DNA from: an uncultured bacterium
GTDB lineage: Bacteria > Patescibacteriota > Minisyncoccia > UBA6257 > GWB1-50-10
Length of the DNA: 64,000 bases
Assembly: GCA_963722655.1 (NCBI GenBank)
Contig: CAVRNT010000001.1
Coordinates: forward strand, 17,447-81,446
Direction of reading: 5' to 3'
Below the pieces are notes generated by a model. It ran no database searches and was not told where the DNA came from. It saw only the letters and a program-made list of their open reading frames with translations. A program made the position numbers and the translations under genes. Below are positions 40,583-49,426 of this stretch, piece after piece; position 1 is the stretch's first letter, and each line of letters starts with the position of its first letter.

Positions 40583-40694
40583 TGCTATACTATAAGTTAG
40601 CCCTTCGAAAACAGAATAAAGAGTTTCACTTAAGGACTTTAATGTCCCCTATTTTCGAAGGGCCACTTCATTTCATAAGGCCCTTCTTTTTTTT
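40583..40694 (+). promoter_or_regulatory. Extended -10 plus putative attenuator leader of infC-rpmI-rplT
   Basis: TGCTATACT at 40583-40591. Stem 40600-40611/40652-40663 competes with terminator 40657-40664/40679-40686, which is followed by T8. Confidence 0.6.
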
Positions 40695-40717
40695 GAAAAT
40701 TCTGGTATCATTCCCAT

Positions 40718-41218
40718 ATCCAACACCGCATCAATAATCAGATAATTGCTCCCGAGCTCCGCGTCGTCGGAGCGGACGGCGAGAACTTCGGGGTGATGTC
40801 CAAAGCCCAAGCCCTGGCCTTAGCCGAGGAGAAGGGACTGGACCTCATCGAAATCGCGCCCCTGGCCAAGCCGCCGGTCGCGCGAATCATCAATTACGAC
40901 AAGTTCCGCTACCAGCAGGAGAAGGAGGAGAAGAAGCAGCGCCAAGCCCAGAAACAAAAGGAATTGAAGCAGGTCCGCATCACCGCCCGGGCGGCCAAGA
41001 ACGATCTCGCGATCCGGGCCGAGGCGGCGGTCAAATTCCTCGAAGCCGGCCACCAGGTGGAGATTAACCTCTTCCTCCGGGGCCGCGAGAAGGGCAATAA
41101 GCAGTGGGCCTTGCAGAAAATGCAGGGATTCCTTAGTATGATTACCGTTCCTTACGTCCTCACTATGGCTCCCAAGCCGGGTGGACGGGGGTTTGTCGCT
41201 CAGATCGCTAAAAAGTAA
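40718..41218 (+). CDS. infC: Translation initiation factor IF-3 (non-canonical ATC start)
   Basis: An in-frame extension upstream of the track ORF reads IQHRINNQIIAPELRVVGADGENFGVM (conserved IF3 N-terminus) and has no ATG/GTG/TTG before TGA 40694. Confidence 0.92.
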   Translation: MQHRINNQIIAPELRVVGADGENFGVMSKAQALALAEEKGLDLIEIAPLAKPPVARIINYDKFRYQQEKEEKKQRQAQKQKELKQVRITARAAKNDLAIRAEAAVKFLEAGHQVEINLFLRGREKGNKQWALQKMQGFLSMITVPYVLTMAPKPGGRGFVAQIAKK

Positions 41219-41394
41219 TGGCATCCAAAAGCATCCAAAAACGGATTCGCATCACGAAGTCCGGGAAGGTCATGCGCCGCGCGACGACCCTTGGGCATTC
41301 GCGGGGCAATAAGAACACCACCCAGATGAAACGCAAGAAGAATTCGCGCGGTTTGAATTTGCCGACGGAGAAGATTACTAGATACCTTTATTAG
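41218..41394 (+). CDS. rpmI: 50S ribosomal protein L35
   Basis: Not in the ORF track: MASKSIQKRIRITKSGKVMRRATTLGH...(58 aa), between infC and rplT. Confidence 0.9.
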   Translation: MASKSIQKRIRITKSGKVMRRATTLGHSRGNKNTTQMKRKKNSRGLNLPTEKITRYLY

Positions 41395-41429
41395 GTAATT
41401 AGTGAATTGGTTAATTAGCATCATAAAAC

Positions 41430-41774
41430 ATGCCCAGGGTTAAAAGAGGTACCATCGCCAACAAAAAAAGGAAACGGACGCTCAAGCGGACCAAGGGGTT
41501 CCGCTGGGACCGGAAGAGCAAGGAGCGGGCCGCCAAGGAGGCCTTGCTCCATTCATTGAGCCGTAAGTTCAAGGGACGCAAGGAGAAGAAACGCATCTAC
41601 CGCACCCTCTGGAACGCGAAGATCAACGCCGCAGTCCGCGACGAAGGGATGAACTATAGCCGGTTCATCAATGCGCTTCACAAGAAAGGCGTGAAGCTGG
41701 ACCGGAAGGTCCTTGCCGATATCGCCGAGCACGAACCGGAGGTCTTCAAGAAGATAGTGGAGTTCGTTAAATAA
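41430..41774 (+). CDS. rplT: 50S ribosomal protein L20
   Basis: MPRVKRG, R.LW...INAA and LDRKVLADIA. Confidence 0.97.
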   Translation: MPRVKRGTIANKKRKRTLKRTKGFRWDRKSKERAAKEALLHSLSRKFKGRKEKKRIYRTLWNAKINAAVRDEGMNYSRFINALHKKGVKLDRKVLADIAEHEPEVFKKIVEFVK

Positions 41775-41796
41775 CCCGCCTCATCGGCGGGTTTTT
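41773..41796 (+). terminator. Terminator after rplT
   Basis: aacccgcc-tcatc-ggcgggtt-ttt. Confidence 0.75.
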
Positions 41797-42292
41797 AGTT
41801 GGCGGAGGGAGGCGGAATGGCGGCCGGCGGCATGGCCGGAGCGGGCTTGCGCTTCCGAGCGTCGCTCATCAGCGTGTCGTAGGCGCGCTTCAGATTCTTC
41901 TTTAGGGTCGGGGCTTTGAGCATCCGTATCGCGTCGCGGTAAAGGAACCACGCGTAGCCCTGATGCTCCCTGGGGACGATCGTGATGAGCTGCTTCGTGG
42001 TCTCCGCGAGGTAATAGATCACGAGGCGCGGAACCCGCTCTTTTTCCTTGGTATAGAAGACGAAACGGTCGGTCACCCGGAACCAATCCCTAAAACGCAG
42101 GTCCTTTGGGCTTAAGCCGGTCTCTTCCTCCACCTCCCGAAGGGCCGCTTTGAAGCTCTTTTCCCCCTCAACGAGCTTGCCCTTGGGGAAGTTCCAATAA
42201 TAGCCGCCGTGGTACAAGAGGAGAAATTTTATTCCTTCGGGCGTCCGGCGATAGACGATTATCCCGGCCGAAACAGAAACATTTTCTTTCAT
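41795..42292 (-). CDS. NUDIX hydrolase (Ap4A-hydrolase-like)
   Basis: SAGIIVYR and WNFPKGKLVEGE....AALREVEEETGL (Nudix box). Confidence 0.9.
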   Translation of the reverse strand: MKENVSVSAGIIVYRRTPEGIKFLLLYHGGYYWNFPKGKLVEGEKSFKAALREVEEETGLSPKDLRFRDWFRVTDRFVFYTKEKERVPRLVIYYLAETTKQLITIVPREHQGYAWFLYRDAIRMLKAPTLKKNLKRAYDTLMSDARKRKPAPAMPPAAIPPPSAN

Positions 42293-42331
42293 CCGACTTA
42301 TTCTACCACCGGTCACGACCGGACGGCAAAA

Positions 42332-44080
42332 TCAGCGGCCGGATTTCAAGAATTTGAGCATCTTTTCGAGCGGCCAAGCGTTGATGATGTCCGCTTTCGA
42401 AGCCCACCCCCGCCTGGCTTGGGCGATGCCGTATTTCAAAAAGCCGAAGTGGCTTGGGGCGTGGGCATCGGAGTCGATGGACATCTTGACCCCGGATTTA
42501 ACGCAATCGCGGATGTACTCGTCTGAGAGGTCCGCTCGTTCTGGTAGAGCGTCTATTTCCAATATCGTGCCGGTCTTCTTGGCCGCAGCGATCACCGCCT
42601 TCATATCCACGTCATACGGCGGGCGCTTACCGATGATCCTCCCCGTCGGATGAAAGAGAATGTCGACGTTTCGGTTATGCATCGCCTTAACGATGCGCTC
42701 CGTCTGCTCTTTGCGCGGCAGACTGAAGAGCGAGTGGATCGAGACGCCCACGACATCGAGTTTCGAGAGGACCCGGTCTGGCAGGTCGAGCGAGCCGTCC
42801 TTCAAAATGTCGCATTCCGTCCCCTTCAATATCTTGAAACTTGTCCCTTGTTTCTTGTATCTCGTATTCAGCTTGTCTATCTCTTTCCACTGCTCCTGGA
42901 TCCTTTTTTCGTCCAGGCCGTGGGTCATCGCCAGGCGCTTCGTATGGTCGGTGATGGCGATGTATTCCAAACCGATCGCTTGAGCCGCCTTGGCCATTTC
43001 TTCGATGGAGGCCTCGCCGTCCGTCCAATCGGTTTGGGTCTGAAGATCGCCCTTGAGGTCGCCGTAGCCGATTATCTTCGGCAACTCTCCCTTCGTCGCC
43101 AGCTCTATCTCCCCGCGGTTCTCGCGGAGCTCGGGCGGGACAGGGACCATACCGAAGGCCTTATAGAGTTCATCCTCCGTCCGGCCAGCCAAGAACCTCC
43201 GCCCTTTCCAAAGCCCGTACTCGTTGAGCTTCCAGCCCTTCTTTTCGGCGGTGGTGCGCAAAGCGACGTTATGCTCCTTGGAGCCGGTGAAGTAGTTCAA
43301 GGCGGCGCCGTACGACTGCCGGGGCACGACCCGCACGTCCACTTGGAGGCCGCTCCCCAGGCGCACCATCGATTTGGTGTTGCCCTTCGCGAGGACTCTG
43401 GCGACGTCCGGCATCGAGGTAAAAACATCCATCACCCTCTTGGGCTCATCGGCAATCACGAGGAAGTCGGCATCGCCGATCGTCTCCTTGAGCCGCCGGG
43501 CCGAGCCGGCGAGGACTACCTTCTCCGTCCCCTTGACCGCCTGGAGGCGCTTCTCGATGGCTTCGAGCTCCGGCGCGACATAGGCGAGGACGAAACGCTT
43601 GCCGCTCTCCGCCGCGAAACCCAGACCTTTTTCCAAGTTCTTCTCGCTCTTCTCGCCGAAACCGGCGAGGCTGCTCACCTTCCCCGCCCGCACCGCCTTT
43701 TCGAGTCCCTTCAGGTTCCGCACGCCCAATTTTTTGTACAAAAGATAGATCCGCTTCGGCCCCAAACCTTCGACGCGGGAGAGGCCGGCGACGTCCACCG
43801 GCACGGCCTTCTTGAGCTTTTGGTAGTACTTGAGGTGGCCCGTCTTCACGAGCTCCTCGATCTTCAAGGCGATCGCCTCGCCGACGCCGGGAATCTTTCG
43901 CAGGGCGCCCAGCCCGCCCGCAGCGTAAAGGGCGGGGACCGTGTCGCTCAAGCTCTCCACGCCTTCGGCGGCGCGGCGGTAGGCCACGGGCTTGAAGGCG
44001 ATGTCCTGCATCTCCAAATAATCGGCGATGTCCTTAAGGACCTGCGCGACCTCCTGGTTGGAAATCTTATCGCGGGGCAT
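42332..44080 (-). CDS. polX: DNA polymerase X / PHP 3'-5' exonuclease
   Basis: AYRRAA, GSARR.KETIGDAD, FTGSKEHN and a PHP domain (ITDH, FHPTGR, DSDAH). Confidence 0.94.
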   Translation of the reverse strand: MPRDKISNQEVAQVLKDIADYLEMQDIAFKPVAYRRAAEGVESLSDTVPALYAAGGLGALRKIPGVGEAIALKIEELVKTGHLKYYQKLKKAVPVDVAGLSRVEGLGPKRIYLLYKKLGVRNLKGLEKAVRAGKVSSLAGFGEKSEKNLEKGLGFAAESGKRFVLAYVAPELEAIEKRLQAVKGTEKVVLAGSARRLKETIGDADFLVIADEPKRVMDVFTSMPDVARVLAKGNTKSMVRLGSGLQVDVRVVPRQSYGAALNYFTGSKEHNVALRTTAEKKGWKLNEYGLWKGRRFLAGRTEDELYKAFGMVPVPPELRENRGEIELATKGELPKIIGYGDLKGDLQTQTDWTDGEASIEEMAKAAQAIGLEYIAITDHTKRLAMTHGLDEKRIQEQWKEIDKLNTRYKKQGTSFKILKGTECDILKDGSLDLPDRVLSKLDVVGVSIHSLFSLPRKEQTERIVKAMHNRNVDILFHPTGRIIGKRPPYDVDMKAVIAAAKKTGTILEIDALPERADLSDEYIRDCVKSGVKMSIDSDAHAPSHFGFLKYGIAQARRGWASKADIINAWPLEKMLKFLKSGR

Positions 44081-44081
44081 C

Positions 44082-44723
44082 TTAAAGCTTGTCGGCCTGC
44101 CGTTCCGGCGTCACGGTCTGCGGCGGGCTCCACTTGAGCATATCCTTCCGGATCGTGAGGAAAAGCAAGGAGACGGCGAGGGAGATGACGCTCGCGGCGA
44201 TGAAGAGGATGCCGAAGCCGAACTGCTCGGCCAGATATCCCCCGAGGGCCGCCGCCGCGGCCGTCGCGAGACCGACCGAAAAGACGCTCTCCAAGCTCCA
44301 CTCGAAGCTGATGCGCCACTGGTCCACGTGCCGGGTGAAGATGCCGTACCAGCTCGGGACCGCCCAGGCCATGAAGAAACCATAAAGGGCCTCGACGCCG
44401 TAAAGGGCCAAGGGCGTCCGGACGAAAAAGTAGAGCAGGGGCACGAAGGCCTCCAAGAAATAGCCCCAGAACATTGCCCAAAAGGCCAATATTTCGCCGT
44501 TCCGTCTATCCAGTATCTTGGCGATGGGGAGCTGAAAGATGGACTTCACGACCCAATAGACCGCTGTGGCGAAGCCGGCCACCTCGACGGAACCGCCGCC
44601 GATCTGGTTCGTGACGAAGACGGCGAAAATGGGCGCAAAGGAGCCGAAAGCGTAGTTCGTGAAGAAATCCACGACGACCATAGTCCTCACGACCTCGTTG
44701 AAGCCTTTGAATTTCTTGAACAT
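44082..44723 (-). CDS. Half-size (about 6 TM) MFS-like membrane protein
   Basis: 213 aa; motif-A-like PIAKILDRRNG and an MFS-type helix pattern. Confidence 0.7.
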   Translation of the reverse strand: MFKKFKGFNEVVRTMVVVDFFTNYAFGSFAPIFAVFVTNQIGGGSVEVAGFATAVYWVVKSIFQLPIAKILDRRNGEILAFWAMFWGYFLEAFVPLLYFFVRTPLALYGVEALYGFFMAWAVPSWYGIFTRHVDQWRISFEWSLESVFSVGLATAAAAALGGYLAEQFGFGILFIAASVISLAVSLLFLTIRKDMLKWSPPQTVTPERQADKL

Positions 44724-47204
44724 CTAACTGAAGGTAAATTCGCCGCCCTTAGAGCTCAAGTTCAACTTGCTCCCCCGTTTCACCTCGCCCCGGAGGATTT
44801 TGTCGGCCAGGACGCTCCTCACCTTCTCCTCGATCACGCCCCGGAGCGGCCGCGCGCCGAAGACGGGGCTCCAGCCGATCTTCACGATCGCCTCGAGGGC
44901 CGCTTGATCGTAGGCTAGAGAAATGTTATTGGATTGTTTCAAGGTCAAGGCGAGCTCCTGCATCATCAGGTCCGTTACCTTGACGAGCTCGGAAGGCGTG
45001 AGCTCCCGGAAGACGATGATGTCCGAGAAGCGGTTCAAGAGCTCCGGTTTGAAAAAGGTCGTGAGCTTCTGTTTCAAGGTGTCGGCGATCTCTTCCACCT
45101 TTTTCCCCGCCTCGATCTCGGATTTGATGTAGTCCGAGTGGGCGTTCGAGGTCGCGATGATCGCGGTGTTCGTGAAATCGACGGTCCTCCCCAAGCTGTC
45201 CGTGAGGCGGCCGTCGTCGAAGACCTGGAGGAAGAGGTTCAAGATATCGGGACTCGCCTTTTCGAACTCATCGAGGAGCACCAGCTGGTACGGCTTTTCG
45301 CGGACGGCGTCCGTAAGTACCCCGGGCCGGCTCCCGTCCGGCGCGCCGATGAAGCGGTCGAGGGACTCCTTTTCTTGGAACTCCGTCATATCGAAACGGG
45401 CCATCGCCTCCCGGCTTCCGAACTGCACCTCGGCGAGGATCTTCGCGAGCTCGGTCTTCCCGACGCCCGTGGGCCCCACGAAAAGGAAGCTGGCGATCGG
45501 CCCGCCGGCGCGTTTCAAGCCGCTCCGGTATTCGCGGAGCGAGCGGGAGACGGCCGAGACAGCCGCTTCCTGGTTGATGAGCTTCTGGTGGATCCTGTCT
45601 TCCAAATTCAAAAGTTCTTTTGCCTCCGCCCGGCCGGCCTTCTGAATGGGCACCCGGCTCAATTTTTCGGCCAAGGCCGTCACATCCTCTTCGGTCACCG
45701 CCTTCTTTCGCAGATCCTTGAGCGCGGCGAGCGTCTGTTTCAAAAGGTCGGCGGCGCTCCCCGGCAGGAGCTTCCCCGTGAAATAGCGGTGGGCCAACTC
45801 CACGGCGGCCTTGACCGCCCCGAAGGTGACGAAGATCCCGTACTCCTTTTCGAGAAGCAGGGATTCGTAGATCAAAAATTGCACGGCCTCGGCCTCGCCG
45901 ATCTCGTCCACGCGGACGACCTCGAACTGCTCCAAAAAGTCGGTTCGGGGTTCGATGAACTGCTTGAATTCGCGGGGATAGGTCTCGGCGACGACCGGGA
46001 TCTCGGCGTCCTTGATGACGGGCAAGACGAGGTCGATCGCGTTCAAACCGCCCTTCTCGGCCGTCTTGAACCAATCCTGGACGTTCGGGAGGAAGAGGAC
46101 GATGTTCCCGGCGCCCACAATTTCACTCGCGATGGTCTTGAGGCGCCCGGCCATCACGTCGGGCGTCGCGCTCGCGAGGAGCGTCGCGATATCGAGGGAG
46201 ACGAGGCGTTTGTCGAAAAGGATCGGCGGGACGTCGTCCTTGACCATCCGGAAGGCGAGATGGGCGATCATCGTGGACTTGCCGCTTCCCGGCTCGCCCA
46301 CAAGGAGGGCGTTTGGTTTGCCGGGCCGGGAGATAACCTCAAGGAGGCCAGCGAACTCCTTCTCGTGGCCGACCATGAGGCCGATCTTTTCCCCTCGCGC
46401 GAGGTCGGTGAGGTCGGTACCGAACTGGTCCAGGGTCGGCGTGGGCCGGGCCGTCCAGGCGCGGTTCATCGTCCGGTGGCGCAGATAGCCCGGCCGGTGG
46501 ACGAAACCGCCCAAGGTCGCCGGCAGATAGCGCAGCCCGGCGAACTTCCGGTGGAAGCGGCCGAAGATGACGGCCGCGGCGGCATCCACCGGGTCCACCT
46601 CCACCGCATCGAAGAGCATCTGGACCTCTGGGTCGCCGAGGACGAAGAGGGCGGCGAAGAGATTGCGGGGCTCGATGAAGTTCTCCCCCGAACGCAGCGC
46701 CGATCCATAGGCCTTGAGGATGAACGTCTCGAAAGCCGTTTCCGCGTCCGGATGACGCTCGCCGCTCTGGTTCAAAATGCCCTCCAACTTGTCCTTGAGG
46801 TTGCCAAGGTCCACCGAGAGGCGCTTCAGGACCTCGCGGATGTCGCGGCGCTCAATGAGCGAGAGGAGTAGAACGAGGTTGAAGTTCGCTCCGGTCACGG
46901 AGGTGCGGCGCTTGGCGTAAGCGAGGGCGCGGGCCGAAGCGGGTGTGATGGCTAAAGCGAGATTGGCGCGCGTCCGGCGGGAGATTTCGGAGAGCGTCCG
47001 CTCGCCCTTCTTGGCGTGGAAGAGCCGGTCGAGGAGGAAAGTGGCGATGAGGAGCCCGACGTAGAAGAGATGACTTTGGGGCGCCATTAAGAGGACGAGG
47101 GCGGCGACCGTAAGGACGATGTAAGCGCAGATCGTGACGAGGCGGGCGGTGAAATCCCCGGCCGGGCTCAAATTGAATCTCCTGTCCTTGAAATAGGTCT
47201 CCAT
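44724..47204 (-). CDS. Membrane-anchored ClpA/ClpB-like AAA+ ATPase
   Basis: Two N-terminal TM helices and a Clp-N-like region. AAA1 has GEPGSGKS with a degenerate Walker B; AAA2 has GPTGVGKT and LLDEFEK; also FKPELLNR and GARPL. Confidence 0.88.
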   Translation of the reverse strand: METYFKDRRFNLSPAGDFTARLVTICAYIVLTVAALVLLMAPQSHLFYVGLLIATFLLDRLFHAKKGERTLSEISRRTRANLALAITPASARALAYAKRRTSVTGANFNLVLLLSLIERRDIREVLKRLSVDLGNLKDKLEGILNQSGERHPDAETAFETFILKAYGSALRSGENFIEPRNLFAALFVLGDPEVQMLFDAVEVDPVDAAAAVIFGRFHRKFAGLRYLPATLGGFVHRPGYLRHRTMNRAWTARPTPTLDQFGTDLTDLARGEKIGLMVGHEKEFAGLLEVISRPGKPNALLVGEPGSGKSTMIAHLAFRMVKDDVPPILFDKRLVSLDIATLLASATPDVMAGRLKTIASEIVGAGNIVLFLPNVQDWFKTAEKGGLNAIDLVLPVIKDAEIPVVAETYPREFKQFIEPRTDFLEQFEVVRVDEIGEAEAVQFLIYESLLLEKEYGIFVTFGAVKAAVELAHRYFTGKLLPGSAADLLKQTLAALKDLRKKAVTEEDVTALAEKLSRVPIQKAGRAEAKELLNLEDRIHQKLINQEAAVSAVSRSLREYRSGLKRAGGPIASFLFVGPTGVGKTELAKILAEVQFGSREAMARFDMTEFQEKESLDRFIGAPDGSRPGVLTDAVREKPYQLVLLDEFEKASPDILNLFLQVFDDGRLTDSLGRTVDFTNTAIIATSNAHSDYIKSEIEAGKKVEEIADTLKQKLTTFFKPELLNRFSDIIVFRELTPSELVKVTDLMMQELALTLKQSNNISLAYDQAALEAIVKIGWSPVFGARPLRGVIEEKVRSVLADKILRGEVKRGSKLNLSSKGGEFTFS

Positions 47205-47205
47205 A

Positions 47206-47541
47206 TCAAATGAAAAGGTGAGCAACGAGATATATCGGGAAGATAAGCCAAACCGCGTAAACGGCGATCGCCAGCGCGCCGAGGACGAGGTAAACAACGC
47301 CGCCGACGATGAGCCGGAAGAGGCGTAGAGGCAATCCGATGACGCGACCGAGGAGCGAGTAGTCGCCGTAGAGCGGCTCTAGGAGGTGCCGGAGGGTGAC
47401 GCGAAAGGCCAAGATCCGATCCAAATCGTGGAACCGCTCGATGAGGAAATTGAAATAGACGCGGGCGCTTCCTAGATACCAATGCCGCAAGAACTCGGCG
47501 ATCCGGAAGAGTAATTGCTCGCCCAAATAAACGAAAACCAT
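47206..47541 (-). CDS. Small membrane protein upstream of the membrane Clp ATPase
   Basis: HWY...LLEPLYGDYSLLGR plus a C-terminal TM; TATAAT lies 7 nt before ATG 47541. Confidence 0.75.
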   Translation of the reverse strand: MVFVYLGEQLLFRIAEFLRHWYLGSARVYFNFLIERFHDLDRILAFRVTLRHLLEPLYGDYSLLGRVIGLPLRLFRLIVGGVVYLVLGALAIAVYAVWLIFPIYLVAHLFI

Positions 47542-47599
47542 CGGATTCATTATAATCCGGATTTAAGGAGGATGCTAAACGATGCCAGCAATAAAACCC

Positions 47600-47615
47600 T
47601 GGTGCCCCCTCATGG
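47600..47615 (-). other. tRNA 3'-end remnant, putative att site at the island boundary
   Basis: Minus strand reads CCATG-AGGGGGC-ACCA (T-stem 3' half, acceptor strand, ACCA) with no rest of a tRNA; it coincides with the drop in GC. Confidence 0.65.
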
Positions 47616-47807
47616 TCTCAGAATTGTAGGAATGAGACCACCTAAGGGTTATTTGACTATCTTTCAAAATAACGAATCTAGCCCTCTCGGTAGCATTCGT
47701 TATTTTATTGTAAGGCAAAACAAGAGCTTTTCAAATAGAAAAGGTGCTTTGGGATTGTTACGAAAGTGACAAGTTTTTGAGACTTTGGGATGTAACATTC
47801 TCAAACT

Positions 47808-48308
47808 CTAGACCAACCGCACATCCATCAGTCTTATCGTAAGCATATGTTCGCTTACTCTATAAAGTTTTGAAAGAACTTGAAGATCTGGGCTATTACC
47901 AAAATCCTTCTTTATAAATCCCGTTGGTACTAAAAGTTCTCCGGCAAAAAGATTGGCTTCTCTCTCGTTGTGGGTTCCATCATCCTGTTTATTTGTGCAT
48001 GTGTGTCCTAATAGTAAATGACCGATTTCGTGGGCTATGGTAAAGCGGCGTCGGCACCATGGCTGATTTCCATTGAAACCGATTGTAGCGTATTCAGAAT
48101 CAATTTCTTTACAAACCACCAACAAGCCGGAAACCTTATTTCCAATATTTATTTTTTTAACATCAAGATCATGAGTTGCCTGGAGATACTCAATAACACG
48201 CTGGAGCGAAACCGGCGCGGTGTTTATACTGGCTCCATTAATTACCTTCTGAGCAAGTACCTTGACCAGTTTTTTGCGCGGCCCCAAATCTGGAATATCA
48301 TTTTCCAT
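47808..48308 (-). CDS. ImmA/IrrE-family Zn metallopeptidase
   Basis: RRRFTIAHEIGH (HEXXH) and EREANLFAGELLVP. Confidence 0.92.
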   Translation of the reverse strand: MENDIPDLGPRKKLVKVLAQKVINGASINTAPVSLQRVIEYLQATHDLDVKKINIGNKVSGLLVVCKEIDSEYATIGFNGNQPWCRRRFTIAHEIGHLLLGHTCTNKQDDGTHNEREANLFAGELLVPTGFIKKDFGNSPDLQVLSKLYRVSEHMLTIRLMDVRLV

Positions 48309-48648
48309 CTCCACTCGTCTTGCTCCTTTGCTTAGCCAGATCAATAAACCGGAGAATAGCGTCCTTATCCTCCTTAGCGAGTTCTTTATCGGCTCGAAGA
48401 GCCACCTGAACAGTCGTGGTTGTTTTCTCGTCTTGTCCCAAGAAATATTTTATATCCCGGTGAAGTACCTCGCTTAGCCTCTGCAGAATAGATGAGGACA
48501 CCCCCCGTTCGCCACTTTCTATTAAAGAAATTGCGGTAGCCGACTGAAAGCCCAGAGCCTTGGCCAAATCGATCTGGGAAAGACCCATTTCCTCGCGGGC
48601 GGCCTTAATCCACGAACCTATATGGTTAGCGTTTGCTTCGTTTTTCAT
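48298..48648 (-). CDS. XRE-family HTH repressor
   Basis: IKAAREEMGLSQIDLAKALGF.S.TAISLIESGER. Confidence 0.92.
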   Translation of the reverse strand: MKNEANANHIGSWIKAAREEMGLSQIDLAKALGFQSATAISLIESGERGVSSSILQRLSEVLHRDIKYFLGQDEKTTTTVQVALRADKELAKEDKDAILRFIDLAKQRSKTSGDGK

Positions 48649-48654
48649 ATTGAA

Positions 48655-48716
48655 AGTATAGGCTTATCATTCCGATTTGACAATATTCACCATTTTGCTA
48701 AAATGGGTTTATCATT
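48655..48716. promoter_or_regulatory. Divergent promoters with candidate operators
   Basis: + strand TTGACA (48677-82), 16 nt, TAAAAT (48699-704). - strand TATACT 6 nt before the XRE ATG. Palindrome ccatttt-gct-aaaatgg covers the -10, and TTATCATT occurs at 48664 and 48709. Confidence 0.7.
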
Positions 48717-48750
48717 TTGGAAGGTCGCCAGTTAACCAGTAATAATCATC

Positions 48751-49023
48751 ATGAGCACATATCTCGTATCATATGACCTAATTCGCCCAGGGAAGGACTA
48801 TACCCACCTTCTCGAGCATCTTAGGAGCTACTCCGACTGGGCTAAGCCGCTCGAATCGGTATGGCTCTTGAAGAGCGGACTCGGGATCGCGGAGCTTCGC
48901 AATACGATCCAGGCCCATATGGATTCTAACGACAAGATTCTTGTCGTAGATATCACCGGAAAGGCTGCGGCGTGGGATAAACTCCCGAACGACGTCAGCA
49001 CGTGGATAAAAAACAACATATAA
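48751..49023 (+). CDS. Small Cas2/VapD-like ferredoxin-fold protein
   Basis: 90 aa; N-terminal YLVSYDL, LESVWL and DKILVV resemble the Cas2/VapD pattern. No CRISPR array in the window. Confidence 0.65.
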   Translation: MSTYLVSYDLIRPGKDYTHLLEHLRSYSDWAKPLESVWLLKSGLGIAELRNTIQAHMDSNDKILVVDITGKAAAWDKLPNDVSTWIKNNI

Positions 49024-49051
49024 AAAGTCGCTAAATAAATTATCGGCCATA

Positions 49052-49426
49052 GTGGCCAAAAAAACAACCATGGGATCAGGAGTAAATCGTAGGAAGGGGG
49101 ACAATATATCAATAACACCTCAAAAACCGCGTCCAATATCTGGCACGGGAGGAAGCTATTCCCCGACATCACAAGAAAATCGCAAGGGTCCGGTTTGCCC
49201 ATCTTCATTCCGGGCAGATTTAAGCCGCCACCTAATGATTGGTTCTCACCTATCATTGAGACAGCACGGCGAGACACTCGTTATTTACGCCGACTCCCAA
49301 GAAGTCGGACGCCTCAATCGAGCGACATCAAAAAGGATTATCAAATGCATTCTATCCGGATTTCGTTACGAAGGCGTCGTGAAGGAGAACGAGGGTCGAC
49401 AGTATGCTGAATTCACCCAAAAATAA
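49052..49426 (+). CDS. Hypothetical protein (C-terminal beta-rich domain, possibly HIRAN-like)
   Basis: Disordered Gly/Ser N-terminus, then LVIYADSQEVGRL...IIKCILSGFRYEGVV. Confidence 0.6.
   Translation: MAKKTTMGSGVNRRKGDNISITPQKPRPISGTGGSYSPTSQENRKGPVCPSSFRADLSRHLMIGSHLSLRQHGETLVIYADSQEVGRLNRATSKRIIKCILSGFRYEGVVKENEGRQYAEFTQK

Noticed and set aside
48751-49023. CRISPR-Cas locus suggested by the Cas2-like gene
   Set aside because: I found no cas1, effector genes or repeat-spacer array anywhere in the window.
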